Below are positions 26,593-37,266 of a DNA stretch of 64,000 nucleotides, in pieces. The stretch is from positions 288,001 to 352,000 of the forward strand of contig CAVSOU010000008.1 of assembly GCA_963729625.1 (NCBI GenBank), given 5' to 3'. Numbering within the stretch: position 1 is the first letter of the stretch; the number at the start of each line of letters is the position of its first letter. The position numbers were made by a program, and so were the translations under genes. Source of the stretch: an uncultured bacterium (lineage in GTDB: Bacteria > Chloroflexota > UBA5177 > JANWHV01). Under the pieces are notes generated by a model, which was not told the DNA's origin, ran no database searches, and saw only the letters and a list, made by a program, of their open reading frames with translations.

Positions 26593-29225
26593 TCCGGTAC
26601 GGTAGATGTACTTTCGTCGCTCTCTACAACGGCCCGCAGTGTAAGGCGAAAGATGCTGCCGGTGGGACCGGTCAACTCAAGCTCCAGTTCCCCACCCATG
26701 GCTTGAGCGAAGCTTCGACCCAGATAGAGTCCCAGGCCGGTGCCCACATGGCCGGCGCGTGTCCTGCTTCCGGGCACCCGACCGAAACGTGTAAACAGCC
26801 TTTCGCGCCCGATTTCCGAGATGCCTGAGCCATAATCTCGAACTCTTATGACGGCCTCGGTGCCGAGTTGCTGCCAGCGCACGTGTATTGGCGCACCTTC
26901 CGGAGAGTACTTGGCCGCATTGTCGATGAGATTCACAAGGATCTGGAGCGTACGGTCGGGATCGACCAGGACATACAACACGCTCGGTCCTTCCAGGTCC
27001 ACAGACTGGCCACGATAACTGGTGCGTACTTCGTCGGCCGCGGCCTCGACGAGAGATGCGAGCCGAACTGAGATAGCATCGGGAGCAACGGCCCCCAGCT
27101 CCAGCTTGCTGAGGACAAGCAGCTCTTCGACCAAGCGCTGCTGCCTGTTTGCTGCGGCGACGATACGGTGAATCTGATCCAGCCGCCGCGCATCGTCAAG
27201 CCGCTGCCAGTGAGCCTCCAGGAGCTCCGCATAGCCGATGATTGCCGTCAGTGGCGAACGCAGCTCGTGGCTCACCGCGGCCACAAAGTTGCTGCGGAGT
27301 TGCGCAAGGTCCGACGCCGCCGCGGCCTGCACCTGTGTCTGTTCCAGCAGTGCCGTCTTCAGCCGGTCAGCCTCGGCCAACTGGCGGTTCAGGTCTTCCA
27401 GTCGCGACGCCGTCGCGCGATAGCTTTCCTTTTCCGCCTGCTCACGTTCCTGCAGCCGCAGCCGTTGTCTATCCGCCACGCGAGCCAATGCTTCGCGCTC
27501 GAGCGCGCCGGCCAGCTGCGCTGTCCAGAGCCGTAGCGAGTCGTGCGCCTCGTGAAACCGGCCTTCCGTCTCGGTGACGGCAGCGATGTAGCCCCAGTTC
27601 TGCTCCAATGTGCCGAGCGGCATTACCAGGACAGTCTCGCGTTCTCCCTGCTGATCTATGCATGTATTCAGGAACTCTTGTGGCGGAAACACCTCGGCGT
27701 CGGCGCGAACCCCGACGATGGGGCAGTGCGCGCCATCGACAGCGTATGACCCGTACACTACCAAGGAGCGGCGGGCCCCGGCCGGCTCTTCCTCCCACAG
27801 CGCGAGGCAACATCGGCGCAGGCCGGTGCCGCGGGCCCAGGCGAGGCTGGCGACGCTGCCGCCACTGGGGGAGGACAGCGCGAGGCCCACGTGGTGACCG
27901 CGTTTCAGCGCGGACTCCTGCGCGTGGCGCGCCCGTACTCCACTAAACGCAGCGCACCGCAGGACTGATAGGCGAGCGTTGTTGAGGAACCCGTCGAGCC
28001 GCGAGCGAGCCGCGCGTGAACCGGGATCCAGCAGGCGCAGCCGCTCCGTTCCCAAATGCTCCAGCACTGTTAGGAGCGACAGCAGGGTTTCTGGACTACT
28101 TGTGCCGAGGCACTCTACTCTCCACGCCGCGTCAACCCTCTCGCTGGATGGCCCTGGCGTCCCGGTCACCGCAGCCTCTAGCGCTGCGACGATAGCGCCT
28201 AACCCGGGCCACTTGCGTTCTGTCTCGGTCGCCTCGTCCAGGTCCAGCGGCCAGACTAACTGCCGCGCCAGGCGGCGAGCGGCCACCGTGGACCAGTCTG
28301 CCACCGCGCATTGGGAGTGTGTCGGCGCCGGCAGTTGGCAGTCTGTGCAACCGCACGAGCGCCGGCAGATAAGCACCGTCGGCACGTGAATGAGATCAGG
28401 GGATACCTGCGCACCCTCAAGCATGGTCAGCAGGCACTGCGCCGCTGCTGTTCCAAGAGCTCCGAAGTTCTGGCGAATAGTACTGAGCGGCGGCACACTT
28501 TGTTGAGCGAGATCGATGTCGTCAAACCCGATGATCGCCAGGTCCTCTGGGACCCGGTAACCGGCCGTCTGGATGGTGTGCATCAGCCCGATTGCGTTCT
28601 GGTCCGTGGCGACGACGACCGCTGTACAAGGCATACCGGCGGCCAATAGCGCGTCTGCCGCTATCCGCCCACCACTTTCGAGGTCGTCGATAGCGGCAAA
28701 AAGCAAATCCGGATCAGGCGTGATGCCCCGTTCCATGAGAGCGGCGCAGTATCCTTCATAACGCTGCCGTGGGTCCTCCTGCTCCAGCCAGCCGACGAAC
28801 GCAATCCGCCGATGCCCATGGTCAAGCAAGTGGCGAGCTGCCATCGCGGCGCCACTGCGGTTGTCCGGCAGCACGGAGGGATAGGAGGGTACGGGGTTAC
28901 CAGCGCTGATGGTGACTACCGGCTTGGCGCCGGCGGCAACGAGTTGAAGATCCTCCGCACGGAGGGCGTCGGCCACGACAATGTAGCCGTCAACGTGTGC
29001 CCAGCCGATCGGGACATAGACCGCGGGAGCTATCGCGCCGGACGCCCAGCTTCGCGTCGTCTGCACGGCAAGGACCTGGGTACTATGCTTCCGACTAACC
29101 GCTTCGATGGCGGCGACGATGTCGCCAAAATAGAAGCCACCGACGAGCGACGAGAGGACCGCGATCGTGCGGCAGCCCTTCGGTATTGGTCCAGAGTAGC
29201 GACCCGTCCGCGGCGCTTCTACCAT
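26517..29225 (-). CDS. LacI-type sugar-binding sensor fused to a histidine kinase
   Basis: DNRSGA, HLLDHGHRRIAFV, VPEDLAIIGFDD, RRSCGC; H-box VSHELRSPL, NLIDNAAKYS, GTGLGL. No N-terminal HTH. Confidence 0.9.
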   Translation of the reverse strand: MVEAPRTGRYSGPIPKGCRTIAVLSSLVGGFYFGDIVAAIEAVSRKHSTQVLAVQTTRSWASGAIAPAVYVPIGWAHVDGYIVVADALRAEDLQLVAAGAKPVVTISAGNPVPSYPSVLPDNRSGAAMAARHLLDHGHRRIAFVGWLEQEDPRQRYEGYCAALMERGITPDPDLLFAAIDDLESGGRIAADALLAAGMPCTAVVVATDQNAIGLMHTIQTAGYRVPEDLAIIGFDDIDLAQQSVPPLSTIRQNFGALGTAAAQCLLTMLEGAQVSPDLIHVPTVLICRRSCGCTDCQLPAPTHSQCAVADWSTVAARRLARQLVWPLDLDEATETERKWPGLGAIVAALEAAVTGTPGPSSERVDAAWRVECLGTSSPETLLSLLTVLEHLGTERLRLLDPGSRAARSRLDGFLNNARLSVLRCAAFSGVRARHAQESALKRGHHVGLALSSPSGGSVASLAWARGTGLRRCCLALWEEEPAGARRSLVVYGSYAVDGAHCPIVGVRADAEVFPPQEFLNTCIDQQGERETVLVMPLGTLEQNWGYIAAVTETEGRFHEAHDSLRLWTAQLAGALEREALARVADRQRLRLQEREQAEKESYRATASRLEDLNRQLAEADRLKTALLEQTQVQAAAASDLAQLRSNFVAAVSHELRSPLTAIIGYAELLEAHWQRLDDARRLDQIHRIVAAANRQQRLVEELLVLSKLELGAVAPDAISVRLASLVEAAADEVRTSYRGQSVDLEGPSVLYVLVDPDRTLQILVNLIDNAAKYSPEGAPIHVRWQQLGTEAVIRVRDYGSGISEIGRERLFTRFGRVPGSRTRAGHVGTGLGLYLGRSFAQAMGGELELELTGPTGSIFRLTLRAVVESDESTSTVPERRPALAKAVESGPPACPAPMIATS

Positions 29226-29757
29226 GAGGGGGTCCTCCTGACTGCGGACCTGGGAGCACCGACGCTCGCCCGCGTCCGCAACCTTCCCACTACACGCGCG
29301 AGCCACCGGACAGCTGAGCGTCGCAAAAAAAGCATCGGCACGGCACCACCGGCATGTTCCCTACAGCAAACGGCCCTGATGGGGTTCGACACGCGATTCA
29401 CGTGTGCACAGCCAGTATGCATCGCGCCGACCACACGCACACTCCCCAATAAGGTTGGTCTATCGACAAGCGGAAGACGCTGACTGTTCCGGGCAGGTGT
29501 CACGCAAATCCTATCGTTCTGACATGTCGGTTGAGTCGGCGACCACCGACCTGTGATTGTGTGAGCTGCTCAGGTCGGGGAATCCGTCAACTCCAGGCCC
29601 TCTTCATTTCTCCGTTTGTGCCGATAGAAGATAGCGGGCGTGCATGCAGCGCGGTGGCGCTGTGCCCCGGACCGAAGCACCGGGCTTTATTCCGTGCAAA
29701 CACCGGCCCCGGCACGCGCGTAACCGCGTCGGCGAAGATGCCGGAGAGGATGAACGC

Positions 29758-32169
29758 ATGCGCTATCTGCAGTACCTGGTGCGATCGCCGCGACTGGCGC
29801 TGCAGCTGTCACTGATGCTGACGCTTGCCTGTCTCATAGGTGGCACCGGCCTTGCCGGCCTGCAGCTTGCCCGGCACGCCATCACCAACACGTCCACCAC
29901 ACGGATGCCGGCTCTCGTTCATCTCCTCGACGTCGAGCGCGACATTGAGGAAGCGAATTACGATGGCCTCGATTCGGTCCTCAACCCCAACCCGAACCAA
30001 CGCAATATGGCGGATCTGCCGAAAATTCGCGCCTTGGGTGCGCAGACGAAGGCGAGCTTTGCCCTCTTTCAGGCCGCTAATCCCCCGACGGCAGCCACGG
30101 CGGCCCTCCTGACCCGCGTCTCGCAGTTGCTGGACCGGTGGGAGGCGCTGTGCGCCCTTTCGCAGCAGCTCACTCCATCGGTCAGCACGGCCACCATAAT
30201 CGTGGCGCTCAAGGCAGCCGATGCCGCGATAGTGCTCCCCCTCCGGCAGGCGCTCGAGCAGCTCGTGCAGGCGACCGAGGCGCAGGTCACCGCGGCGGGA
30301 ACCGCGGCGGCCGCATCGGCGCAGACCACCTCCGTCTTGTTGCTGGCCGTCATCGGCCTGGCGGTCCTGGCGATCGGCAGCGTTCAGATCGGGCTCGCGG
30401 TCCGGGAACACCGGCGCCGTGCCCTTTCGCAGCAGAGTGCCGACCTCGTGGCCTTGGTCGACGGGCAGGGCGTGGTCCGCTATGCCAGCCCCTCCTACGA
30501 GCGCGTCCTCGGCCATTCTGGCGCTGCCCTTGCCGGCGCATCGCTCCTGGACTTTCTGCACCCAGACGACCGAGCGGATGCCGCCGCCGCCCTCGAACGC
30601 CGCCGCGAGGATCGCGGCGACTCAACTGAGACCGAGCTGCGCGTGCGCCATGCCGATGGGACATATCGGTGGCTGGCCTCTACAGGTGTGAATCTGCTGC
30701 ATGACCCGCTCATCCAGGGCATTATCATCACCAGCCGCGACATAGGGGCCCGCAGGGAAACCGAGGCTGCATTGGCCTTCCAGGCCGGGCACGATCCGCT
30801 CACCGGTCTGCCTAATCGCACGCTGCTGCTCGAGCGCCTCAAGCACGCACTGGCGACAACGGTCGGTACGCCCGTGGCGCTCCTGCTCGTCGACCTCGAT
30901 CGGTTCAAGGACGTCAACGACACGCTCGGCCATCACGCCGGCGACTTGTTGCTACAGCAGGTGGGCGGACGTCTCAGGGCGGCGGTCCGCGGCGATGACG
31001 TGGTGGCGCGCCTTGGTGGCGATGAGTATGCGTTGCTCTTACCAAACGCTGACGAGACGGCGGCCCGGCAGTTGGCCGACCGGCTGGTCGAAGCCCTGGA
31101 AGCGCCGTTCCAGGTTGTCGATCAGACCTTGGAGATCGGCGCCAGCATCGGCGTCGCCATCGCCCCCCAACACGGACGCGGGCCGCATACTCTGTTGCAG
31201 CACGCCGACGTGGCGATGTATCAAGCCAAGCACGACCATCTGCGTGTAACGGTCTACGATCCCGATCAGGATCAACATAGTCTCGAGGGCCTGGCCCTGC
31301 TGCGCGATTTGCGTCTGGCGATCCTCGAGAGCCAGGTGACGCTCCACTACCAGCCGAAAGTCGAGATCGCGACACGGCAGGTGTGCGGGGTCGAAGCGCT
31401 GCTGCGCTGGCCGCATCCCACGCGCGGGCTCATCCCACCGGATCAGTTCATCCCCACCGCTGAGCAAACGGGCCTGATCGAGCCCTTGACGGCGTGGGTG
31501 CTCGACACTGCCCTGCGGCAGTGCCGGGCTTGGCAAGATGAGGGACTCTTCCTTCCCGTCGCCGTCAATATGTCGCCACGCGTCCTCCAGGATCAGCAGT
31601 TGCCAGATCGCCTGAGCAGGCTCCTGCAGCGCCATGGCGTGTCGCCTTCGCGCCTCACTCTGGAGATCACGGAGAGTAGCTTGATGGCTAATCCGGAGCG
31701 AGTGCACGGCATATTGACCAGCCTCCACCGACTCGGTGTCACATTGTCCATTGACGATTTCGGCACGGGCTACTCGTCCCTCGCCTATCTGAAGGAGCTA
31801 CCCGTGCAGGAATTGAAGATCGACAAGTCCTTTGTCCTGGGGATGGGCGATGCCGGAGACACGCAGGATGCCGCCATCGTACGCTCCGTCGTCGCCATGG
31901 CGCACGAGCTGCACTTGACCGTCGTCGCTGAAGGGGTCGAGGACGCCCAGGCCCTGGCGGTGCTGACCGACATTGGGTGCGATACCATTCAGGGCTACTA
32001 CGCCTGCCGACCCGTGCCACCTGCCGAGCTAGCGCACTGGCTGCAGTCCGTGGCGCCACAACTGGTCGGTGGCGGCACGCGTGAGGATGCCATGGTGACC
32101 GAGGACCGACGAGCCCGCACGGGCTCCGTGCATCGACGGTCTCAGGTCGAATGCGAAGTTGCGCGCTGA
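29758..32169 (+). CDS. Membrane sensor-PAS-GGDEF-EAL c-di-GMP enzyme
   Basis: Two TMs around a helical sensor; PAS (LHPDD, RHADG); HDPLTGLPNR; RLGGDEY; VEALLRW; DDFGTGYSSL. Confidence 0.95.
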   Translation: MRYLQYLVRSPRLALQLSLMLTLACLIGGTGLAGLQLARHAITNTSTTRMPALVHLLDVERDIEEANYDGLDSVLNPNPNQRNMADLPKIRALGAQTKASFALFQAANPPTAATAALLTRVSQLLDRWEALCALSQQLTPSVSTATIIVALKAADAAIVLPLRQALEQLVQATEAQVTAAGTAAAASAQTTSVLLLAVIGLAVLAIGSVQIGLAVREHRRRALSQQSADLVALVDGQGVVRYASPSYERVLGHSGAALAGASLLDFLHPDDRADAAAALERRREDRGDSTETELRVRHADGTYRWLASTGVNLLHDPLIQGIIITSRDIGARRETEAALAFQAGHDPLTGLPNRTLLLERLKHALATTVGTPVALLLVDLDRFKDVNDTLGHHAGDLLLQQVGGRLRAAVRGDDVVARLGGDEYALLLPNADETAARQLADRLVEALEAPFQVVDQTLEIGASIGVAIAPQHGRGPHTLLQHADVAMYQAKHDHLRVTVYDPDQDQHSLEGLALLRDLRLAILESQVTLHYQPKVEIATRQVCGVEALLRWPHPTRGLIPPDQFIPTAEQTGLIEPLTAWVLDTALRQCRAWQDEGLFLPVAVNMSPRVLQDQQLPDRLSRLLQRHGVSPSRLTLEITESSLMANPERVHGILTSLHRLGVTLSIDDFGTGYSSLAYLKELPVQELKIDKSFVLGMGDAGDTQDAAIVRSVVAMAHELHLTVVAEGVEDAQALAVLTDIGCDTIQGYYACRPVPPAELAHWLQSVAPQLVGGGTREDAMVTEDRRARTGSVHRRSQVECEVAR

Positions 32170-32632
32170 CGTATCGTCACACCAGATATCTGCCCCGCGG
32201 AATCGACTGCTCTCCGTATCGGCGACGCCCGGCTTACTCACGGGCGGGCGCTCGCACAAGGCAGCTCGCCCGAGTACGCACGGAGCACGCCTTATCGCAA
32301 GCTGACCGCATGGCCGATGGCAGAGGCAGTCGCCACCGATCGGTGATGACGTGGTCGGTGTACAAGCAGGCAGATACCGGCTGGGGATGAGCGTTTGTGC
32401 ATTCGGCAGGCGCTTGAGTGTACGTGTTCGTTGCAGGCGTGCACGGCATGTGAGCGGTGCATTGCTCTGCCGTCGGCGCTCGCGTATGATTTGACGCAGG
32501 AACGCCCTTCGAACGAGAATCCAGCAGTGGGTGTCGGGAGCTACTGAGCAAAGAAGTAGCGCCGCATGTTGAGCTCGTCGTGGGCTTGCTCTGAGTCTCT
32601 GCCGTGATGCGTTATCGGAGATAGCAAGGAGA

Positions 32633-33436
32633 GTGAGTGCGATGGACCTGGAATTACGTGGGAAGACGGCGCTCGTCACCGGCGGGTCAATAGGCATCGG
32701 CCTCGCGGTAGCGCGTGCGTTCGCCGCGGAAGGCGTTCGCGTGGCGATCTGTGCCAGGGACGCACAGCGGGCCCAGGACGCGGTGGCGGCCATCGCCAAG
32801 GAGTTCTCCATCGAGACTCTTGCCGTTGCCGGTGATGTCGCCAAGGCCGGCACGGCCGAGGCGTGCGTTGGCCAGGTTGAAGGTGCCTTTGGCGGTGTGG
32901 ATATCCTCGTCAACAATGCAGGCACCGGTTCCTCCGAAACGATCATGGATGCGGCGGACGAACGCTGGCAGTACTATTGGGACCTCCACGTTATGGCGGC
33001 CGTCCGATTCGCCAGGGCGGTGGTTCCGTCCATGAGAAAAAGGGGCGGCGGCGTCATCGTGAACACGGCCTCGATCTGCGCAAAGCAGCCACTCAGCTAC
33101 GAACCGATCTACAACACGACAAAGGCCGCCCTGGTCATGTTCGGCAAGTGCCTCGCCAACGAGCTCATCGGCGACAATATTCGCGTCAATACGGTGAGTC
33201 CTGGTCTCATACTGACGCCCGACTGGCGCAAGACGGCGAACATTCTGACCGCCGGAACGACCACCACCGCGGACGAATACCTCGATAAGATCGCAAAAGA
33301 CAACGCGCCCATAGGCCGTTTCGCAAGTCCCGAGGAGCTTGCGAGCTTCTACCTGTTCCTGTGCTCGCCTCGAGCGAGCTACTGCGTCGGCTCGACGTAC
33401 TACGTCGATGGGGGCTGGCTCAGGACGGTCGAGTAA
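32633..33436 (+). CDS. Short-chain dehydrogenase/reductase
   Basis: TGGSIGIG, NNAG, YNTTK, VDGG. Confidence 0.95.
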   Translation: MSAMDLELRGKTALVTGGSIGIGLAVARAFAAEGVRVAICARDAQRAQDAVAAIAKEFSIETLAVAGDVAKAGTAEACVGQVEGAFGGVDILVNNAGTGSSETIMDAADERWQYYWDLHVMAAVRFARAVVPSMRKRGGGVIVNTASICAKQPLSYEPIYNTTKAALVMFGKCLANELIGDNIRVNTVSPGLILTPDWRKTANILTAGTTTTADEYLDKIAKDNAPIGRFASPEELASFYLFLCSPRASYCVGSTYYVDGGWLRTVE

Positions 33437-33866
33437 ACCAATCGCCCTTGTGCTTCTGGCGGTAGTGCACGGTCTGTAACGACACGTTCCCCTCGCCGCG
33501 CGCGGTTTTCACCACAGCTTGCATATGCTGCTCCCGACCGAATCAACCTGTACCGCCGGTTCCCAGGGCAAAGGTTCGCCGCGGGACCATACCAGATCGT
33601 AGGAGGAAGCGCGGCCCGACCGCAAGACAAGTTCGAAGGCCGGGCTCCTGTGTGCGAGCGCGATGCTCGGCACGACACCGCGGCGCCGTCCGCGTCCAAG
33701 CTTAAAGGCGCCGACGTGGTGCCCTTTCCGTTCATGACTGCTGTATGCGCGCTAACTGCCCAAGCGAATCCGAAGCAATGGAGCGCCGCTTCGTATCAAA
33801 TTGCTGGGTAGCATTGAGTGTTAGGGGCTCCGGTATGCCCGGACCAAGGACCGAAAGGAAACTGTA

Positions 33867-35165
33867 GTGAACGCACGCTCGTCGTTGCTCACTCGCGGCC
33901 TCACTCTTCTGGCGCTCATGCTGGCAACCGTGGGGCTCACTGCCGGACAGGCCCCGGACTCGGCCTATGCACAGGCCGCCGCCCAACGTGCCGGCGCTCC
34001 CGCCGCGAGCACTTGCTCGCTGCCGCTGATCCACGACAGCTATGACGGGTTCCATGTCGGCGTGCCTGCTGGCTGGAACCTCTCGACCATCAATGACACC
34101 ATCCTTCTCACCAAGGATCCCTCCGGCGCCGAGGCGGCGCTCGTCTATCCCGCGGTGCAGACCAACGGTCTCACCCCTGCCCGCTTCTTTGCCGCCTACA
34201 GCCATCTTCTGCAGCAGAGTGTGGCAGCCGCGGGCGGCAGCCTGTCGTTCCGCATGGTCGGTACATCCGGCGGCCTGCCGCAGGCGGCTGTCATCGAGCG
34301 GAACGGACGGGTAACTGTGCAGGGACGCGCGGTGGTCACGCTGCTTCGCCGCCAAACGGCGCGTGGAGCCTACCTGCTTGTGTTTTCCGCCTACTGGGCG
34401 CCCGCGAGTCGCCTTGCGGCCGACGCGGCGATGCTGGCTGCCATCGGGCCCTGCTATGGACCGGAGGCAGGCACACTGTATCAGGTTTACCAGGACCAGG
34501 TGTTCGCGTTCGCGTTGCCGCTGGGCTGGCAGGTAACCAATGAGGGGCAGGACAACCTGGATCTGATCGGTGACGGGAAGCGCGCGAAGGTCAGCTACCT
34601 GGCCATGGTCGCGCAGAGCAGCCAGGTGGGGACCACGCCGACATCGGTACTGAACGCTGTCTTCAGCCCGGCCCATATCCAGATTGACCGCGTCCTGTCG
34701 TCAGTCAATCTCGGCAGTCAGCAGACCGTCACCGGTGGCCAGGCGTCGGGGGAGCGGCTGGAGTTCCTGGGACGATACAGCAACGTCGCGATCCACGGCC
34801 TGGTCTATGTCGAGATCGCCGTGGACGGCTCGATCTCCAGCGGAGTACTGCGCGTGGCGATGGCTACCCGGGATCGCTGGAATGCGGACAACAGCGGGCT
34901 GATCAAGGTGATGACGAGCATCCGGCACAGCATGGCGCAAGACAACCAGCAGTATCAGCACCTTACCCAGCAATGGCAGCACTTCGCCCAAACCACCCAA
35001 CAATTCGACGATGTGCTCAATGGGGTCGAGGAAGTCCGGGACCCCACGACCGGCACGGTGTATGCAGCCCCTTATGATTCCTACAAGGTCAACGGTCCGG
35101 ACGGCCCTGGGTACTACGTGAATGACGGCGGCTTCCAGCAGCGACTGCAGCCTGTCAGCAATTGA
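33867..35165 (+). CDS. Secreted hypothetical protein
   Basis: Signal peptide; two PsbP-like openings (FHVGVPAGW, FAFALPLGW); Gln-rich C-terminal helix; AAAGGA RBS. Confidence 0.75.
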   Translation: MNARSSLLTRGLTLLALMLATVGLTAGQAPDSAYAQAAAQRAGAPAASTCSLPLIHDSYDGFHVGVPAGWNLSTINDTILLTKDPSGAEAALVYPAVQTNGLTPARFFAAYSHLLQQSVAAAGGSLSFRMVGTSGGLPQAAVIERNGRVTVQGRAVVTLLRRQTARGAYLLVFSAYWAPASRLAADAAMLAAIGPCYGPEAGTLYQVYQDQVFAFALPLGWQVTNEGQDNLDLIGDGKRAKVSYLAMVAQSSQVGTTPTSVLNAVFSPAHIQIDRVLSSVNLGSQQTVTGGQASGERLEFLGRYSNVAIHGLVYVEIAVDGSISSGVLRVAMATRDRWNADNSGLIKVMTSIRHSMAQDNQQYQHLTQQWQHFAQTTQQFDDVLNGVEEVRDPTTGTVYAAPYDSYKVNGPDGPGYYVNDGGFQQRLQPVSN

Positions 35166-35313
35166 GCTGAACCTCGCGGCCGCACCTTCGGTACGTGAAG
35201 GCGCCAACGAAACCGCCTTCTACTCCGCAAATAGCTAAGCGATCCCGTGGCCAAAGCGCTCGTTCTCCTGGTTCTTGCCAGCCTGCGAGGAGTCCCTCGC
35301 CTCCCAGCACGGC

Positions 35314-37188
35314 TCAGCCGGTCGCTGTCGGCGTGGGTACCGGGCTTCCGGCCACGCCGATCTCCCCCGCGGTGTTATTGGTGTAGGTCACGCCGGTGAC
35401 CGTCGCACTGGCCTGGCTATCGCTCGATGCGTAGTCTATGCCGAAGCCGGCGTTGTCGTGGATGCTCGTCTTCACCAGACTGACCGGGTGCGTGTCCTGG
35501 CCGATAAGCAATCCGTCGCCCAAGCTCCGGGCAATCTCGCTGTTCGCGATCGTGACCCCGCCATCGGTATTCAGGTTCAGGGCAGCTTTGTTGCCGCCAG
35601 AGTCCGCGCCGGCATATCGCACGTCCAGGCAGTCGGCGCTGAGCTTGGCGTGGTCGCTCACCTGGAGGCCTATCCAGTCACCCGGCGCGGCTTTGCTGGC
35701 GCTGCCGTCGCCATTGGTGTCGCCTTTCACCGCATCGTCCTGGAACGACGTCATGACCACCGGCTTTTGCAGCGTGCCATTCACCTGCAGGGAGGCGTTG
35801 CCCGCGATGGAAAGATACACCGGCGACACGTCTTCGGCGGTCTTGGCGGCCTTGAGCATCACACCAGGACCGATCGTCAGCTGGGTGTTGCCCTCAACCG
35901 TGATGTTGTCCGTCATCACAAAGGGAACGGCTGTGAGCGAGAGCGTGAGTGGTGGGCCGGACTGGACATCCATGCCCGGCAGGAAGACCCCGGGCTGGGT
36001 ATTGGGGGACATGTTCTTGGGCGTGAAGTTCAGGCTGTTGTCGAGTGTCAGTCCCGGGCCTGCCAGCAACGGGCGGTGATTGCCCGAGAACACCGTGTTC
36101 TTGATCACCGTGCTGGCGTCCGCATACTGTGCATCGATACCGTAGAGGCTGTTGTCGGCGATAAGGGTGTACGTAATTGCGAGGCGGGAGTTCTTGCCCT
36201 CGTCGCTAATGACAAGAGCGGCGTTGTGGCTTGACTTCGACCCGCCGCCGTAAGCCACGATGGCGTTATTGAGGCTGATCGAGCCACCATCCAGGACCCC
36301 GAGAGCGCTCCAATCGCCGGCATGGGCACACACTTTGCCCTGAGGACATGGGGCCAGGCCGGAGGAGGGGATGGCGCCACGCGCCTGATCGTACTCGGAG
36401 GTGAAGTAAGTCGGCTGATCGACGGTACCGTTCGCGACGAGCTTGCCGCTGACGTCGAGTGAGGCAACTCCATCACCACCCGGTTGGCCGCCGGCAAGCC
36501 CCACGATCACGCCTGGGTCGACCGTCACGGTCGCCTTGCTCTCCACATAGAAGTCGCCGTAGTCGAGCTGGTACGGGCAGCCGCGCGTGGTCCATTCCTG
36601 GCTCTTCACAATTTCACTTTGGCTCGTCATGTCGGTCGGGCCGTCGAAACAGGGGGTCAGCCAGGGGAAGTAGCCCACGCGGATGGACTCTACCTTCGCA
36701 TTCGTCTTGTCGAGGTCAAAGTAGGTGTGTACAGGGTTGGCGACGCTGGCCGCGATCACCGTGGTGCCGACGAGGTAGAAGCTGCTGCCGTTGAACTTGA
36801 TGCCTTTGATGGCCTTCACATCACTGGCGGGGCTGCCGACGTGAATTCCCGTCTTGCCCGACTTGGTGGCGAAGGCAGGCGAGGTCGTCTCAATGCCCAC
36901 GACCTGTCCGGCGTAGACGCGCACAAGGAGTTTGCCGCCCGCCGGCTCTTTCAGACTCACCTGCGTCTTGCTCTTGTCCGCGGCCGCGCCGTTGCCCAGC
37001 GCCGTCATCAAGCCCTTCACGCCACCCGAAGGTAAAGGTCCAAGCTTCACGGGGCCCATGGATACCCCGACCACAATGAGCGAGGGCGCGGCAGAGGCTG
37101 CCCGCACGTTGGCGGTTGGCTGGCCGGCCGCCATGACGACCGCGAGGGAGACGATGCTGAACAGGGGCACGAAGCGATGGTGTTTCAC
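35314..37188 (-). CDS. Secreted right-handed beta-helix protein
   Basis: Signal peptide; duplicated TVDPGV...ANGTVDQPTYFTS..D / TIGPGV...VNGTLQKPVVMTS..DD and GDW motifs. Confidence 0.85.
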   Translation of the reverse strand: MKHHRFVPLFSIVSLAVVMAAGQPTANVRAASAAPSLIVVGVSMGPVKLGPLPSGGVKGLMTALGNGAAADKSKTQVSLKEPAGGKLLVRVYAGQVVGIETTSPAFATKSGKTGIHVGSPASDVKAIKGIKFNGSSFYLVGTTVIAASVANPVHTYFDLDKTNAKVESIRVGYFPWLTPCFDGPTDMTSQSEIVKSQEWTTRGCPYQLDYGDFYVESKATVTVDPGVIVGLAGGQPGGDGVASLDVSGKLVANGTVDQPTYFTSEYDQARGAIPSSGLAPCPQGKVCAHAGDWSALGVLDGGSISLNNAIVAYGGGSKSSHNAALVISDEGKNSRLAITYTLIADNSLYGIDAQYADASTVIKNTVFSGNHRPLLAGPGLTLDNSLNFTPKNMSPNTQPGVFLPGMDVQSGPPLTLSLTAVPFVMTDNITVEGNTQLTIGPGVMLKAAKTAEDVSPVYLSIAGNASLQVNGTLQKPVVMTSFQDDAVKGDTNGDGSASKAAPGDWIGLQVSDHAKLSADCLDVRYAGADSGGNKAALNLNTDGGVTIANSEIARSLGDGLLIGQDTHPVSLVKTSIHDNAGFGIDYASSDSQASATVTGVTYTNNTAGEIGVAGSPVPTPTATG

Positions 37189-37266
37189 GATCGGTCCTTT
37201 CCTTTCTCCGCAATGCCATCCACGGTCTCGCTGCCGTTCAAGAAGACGCCATGCCGGCTCGTCACC

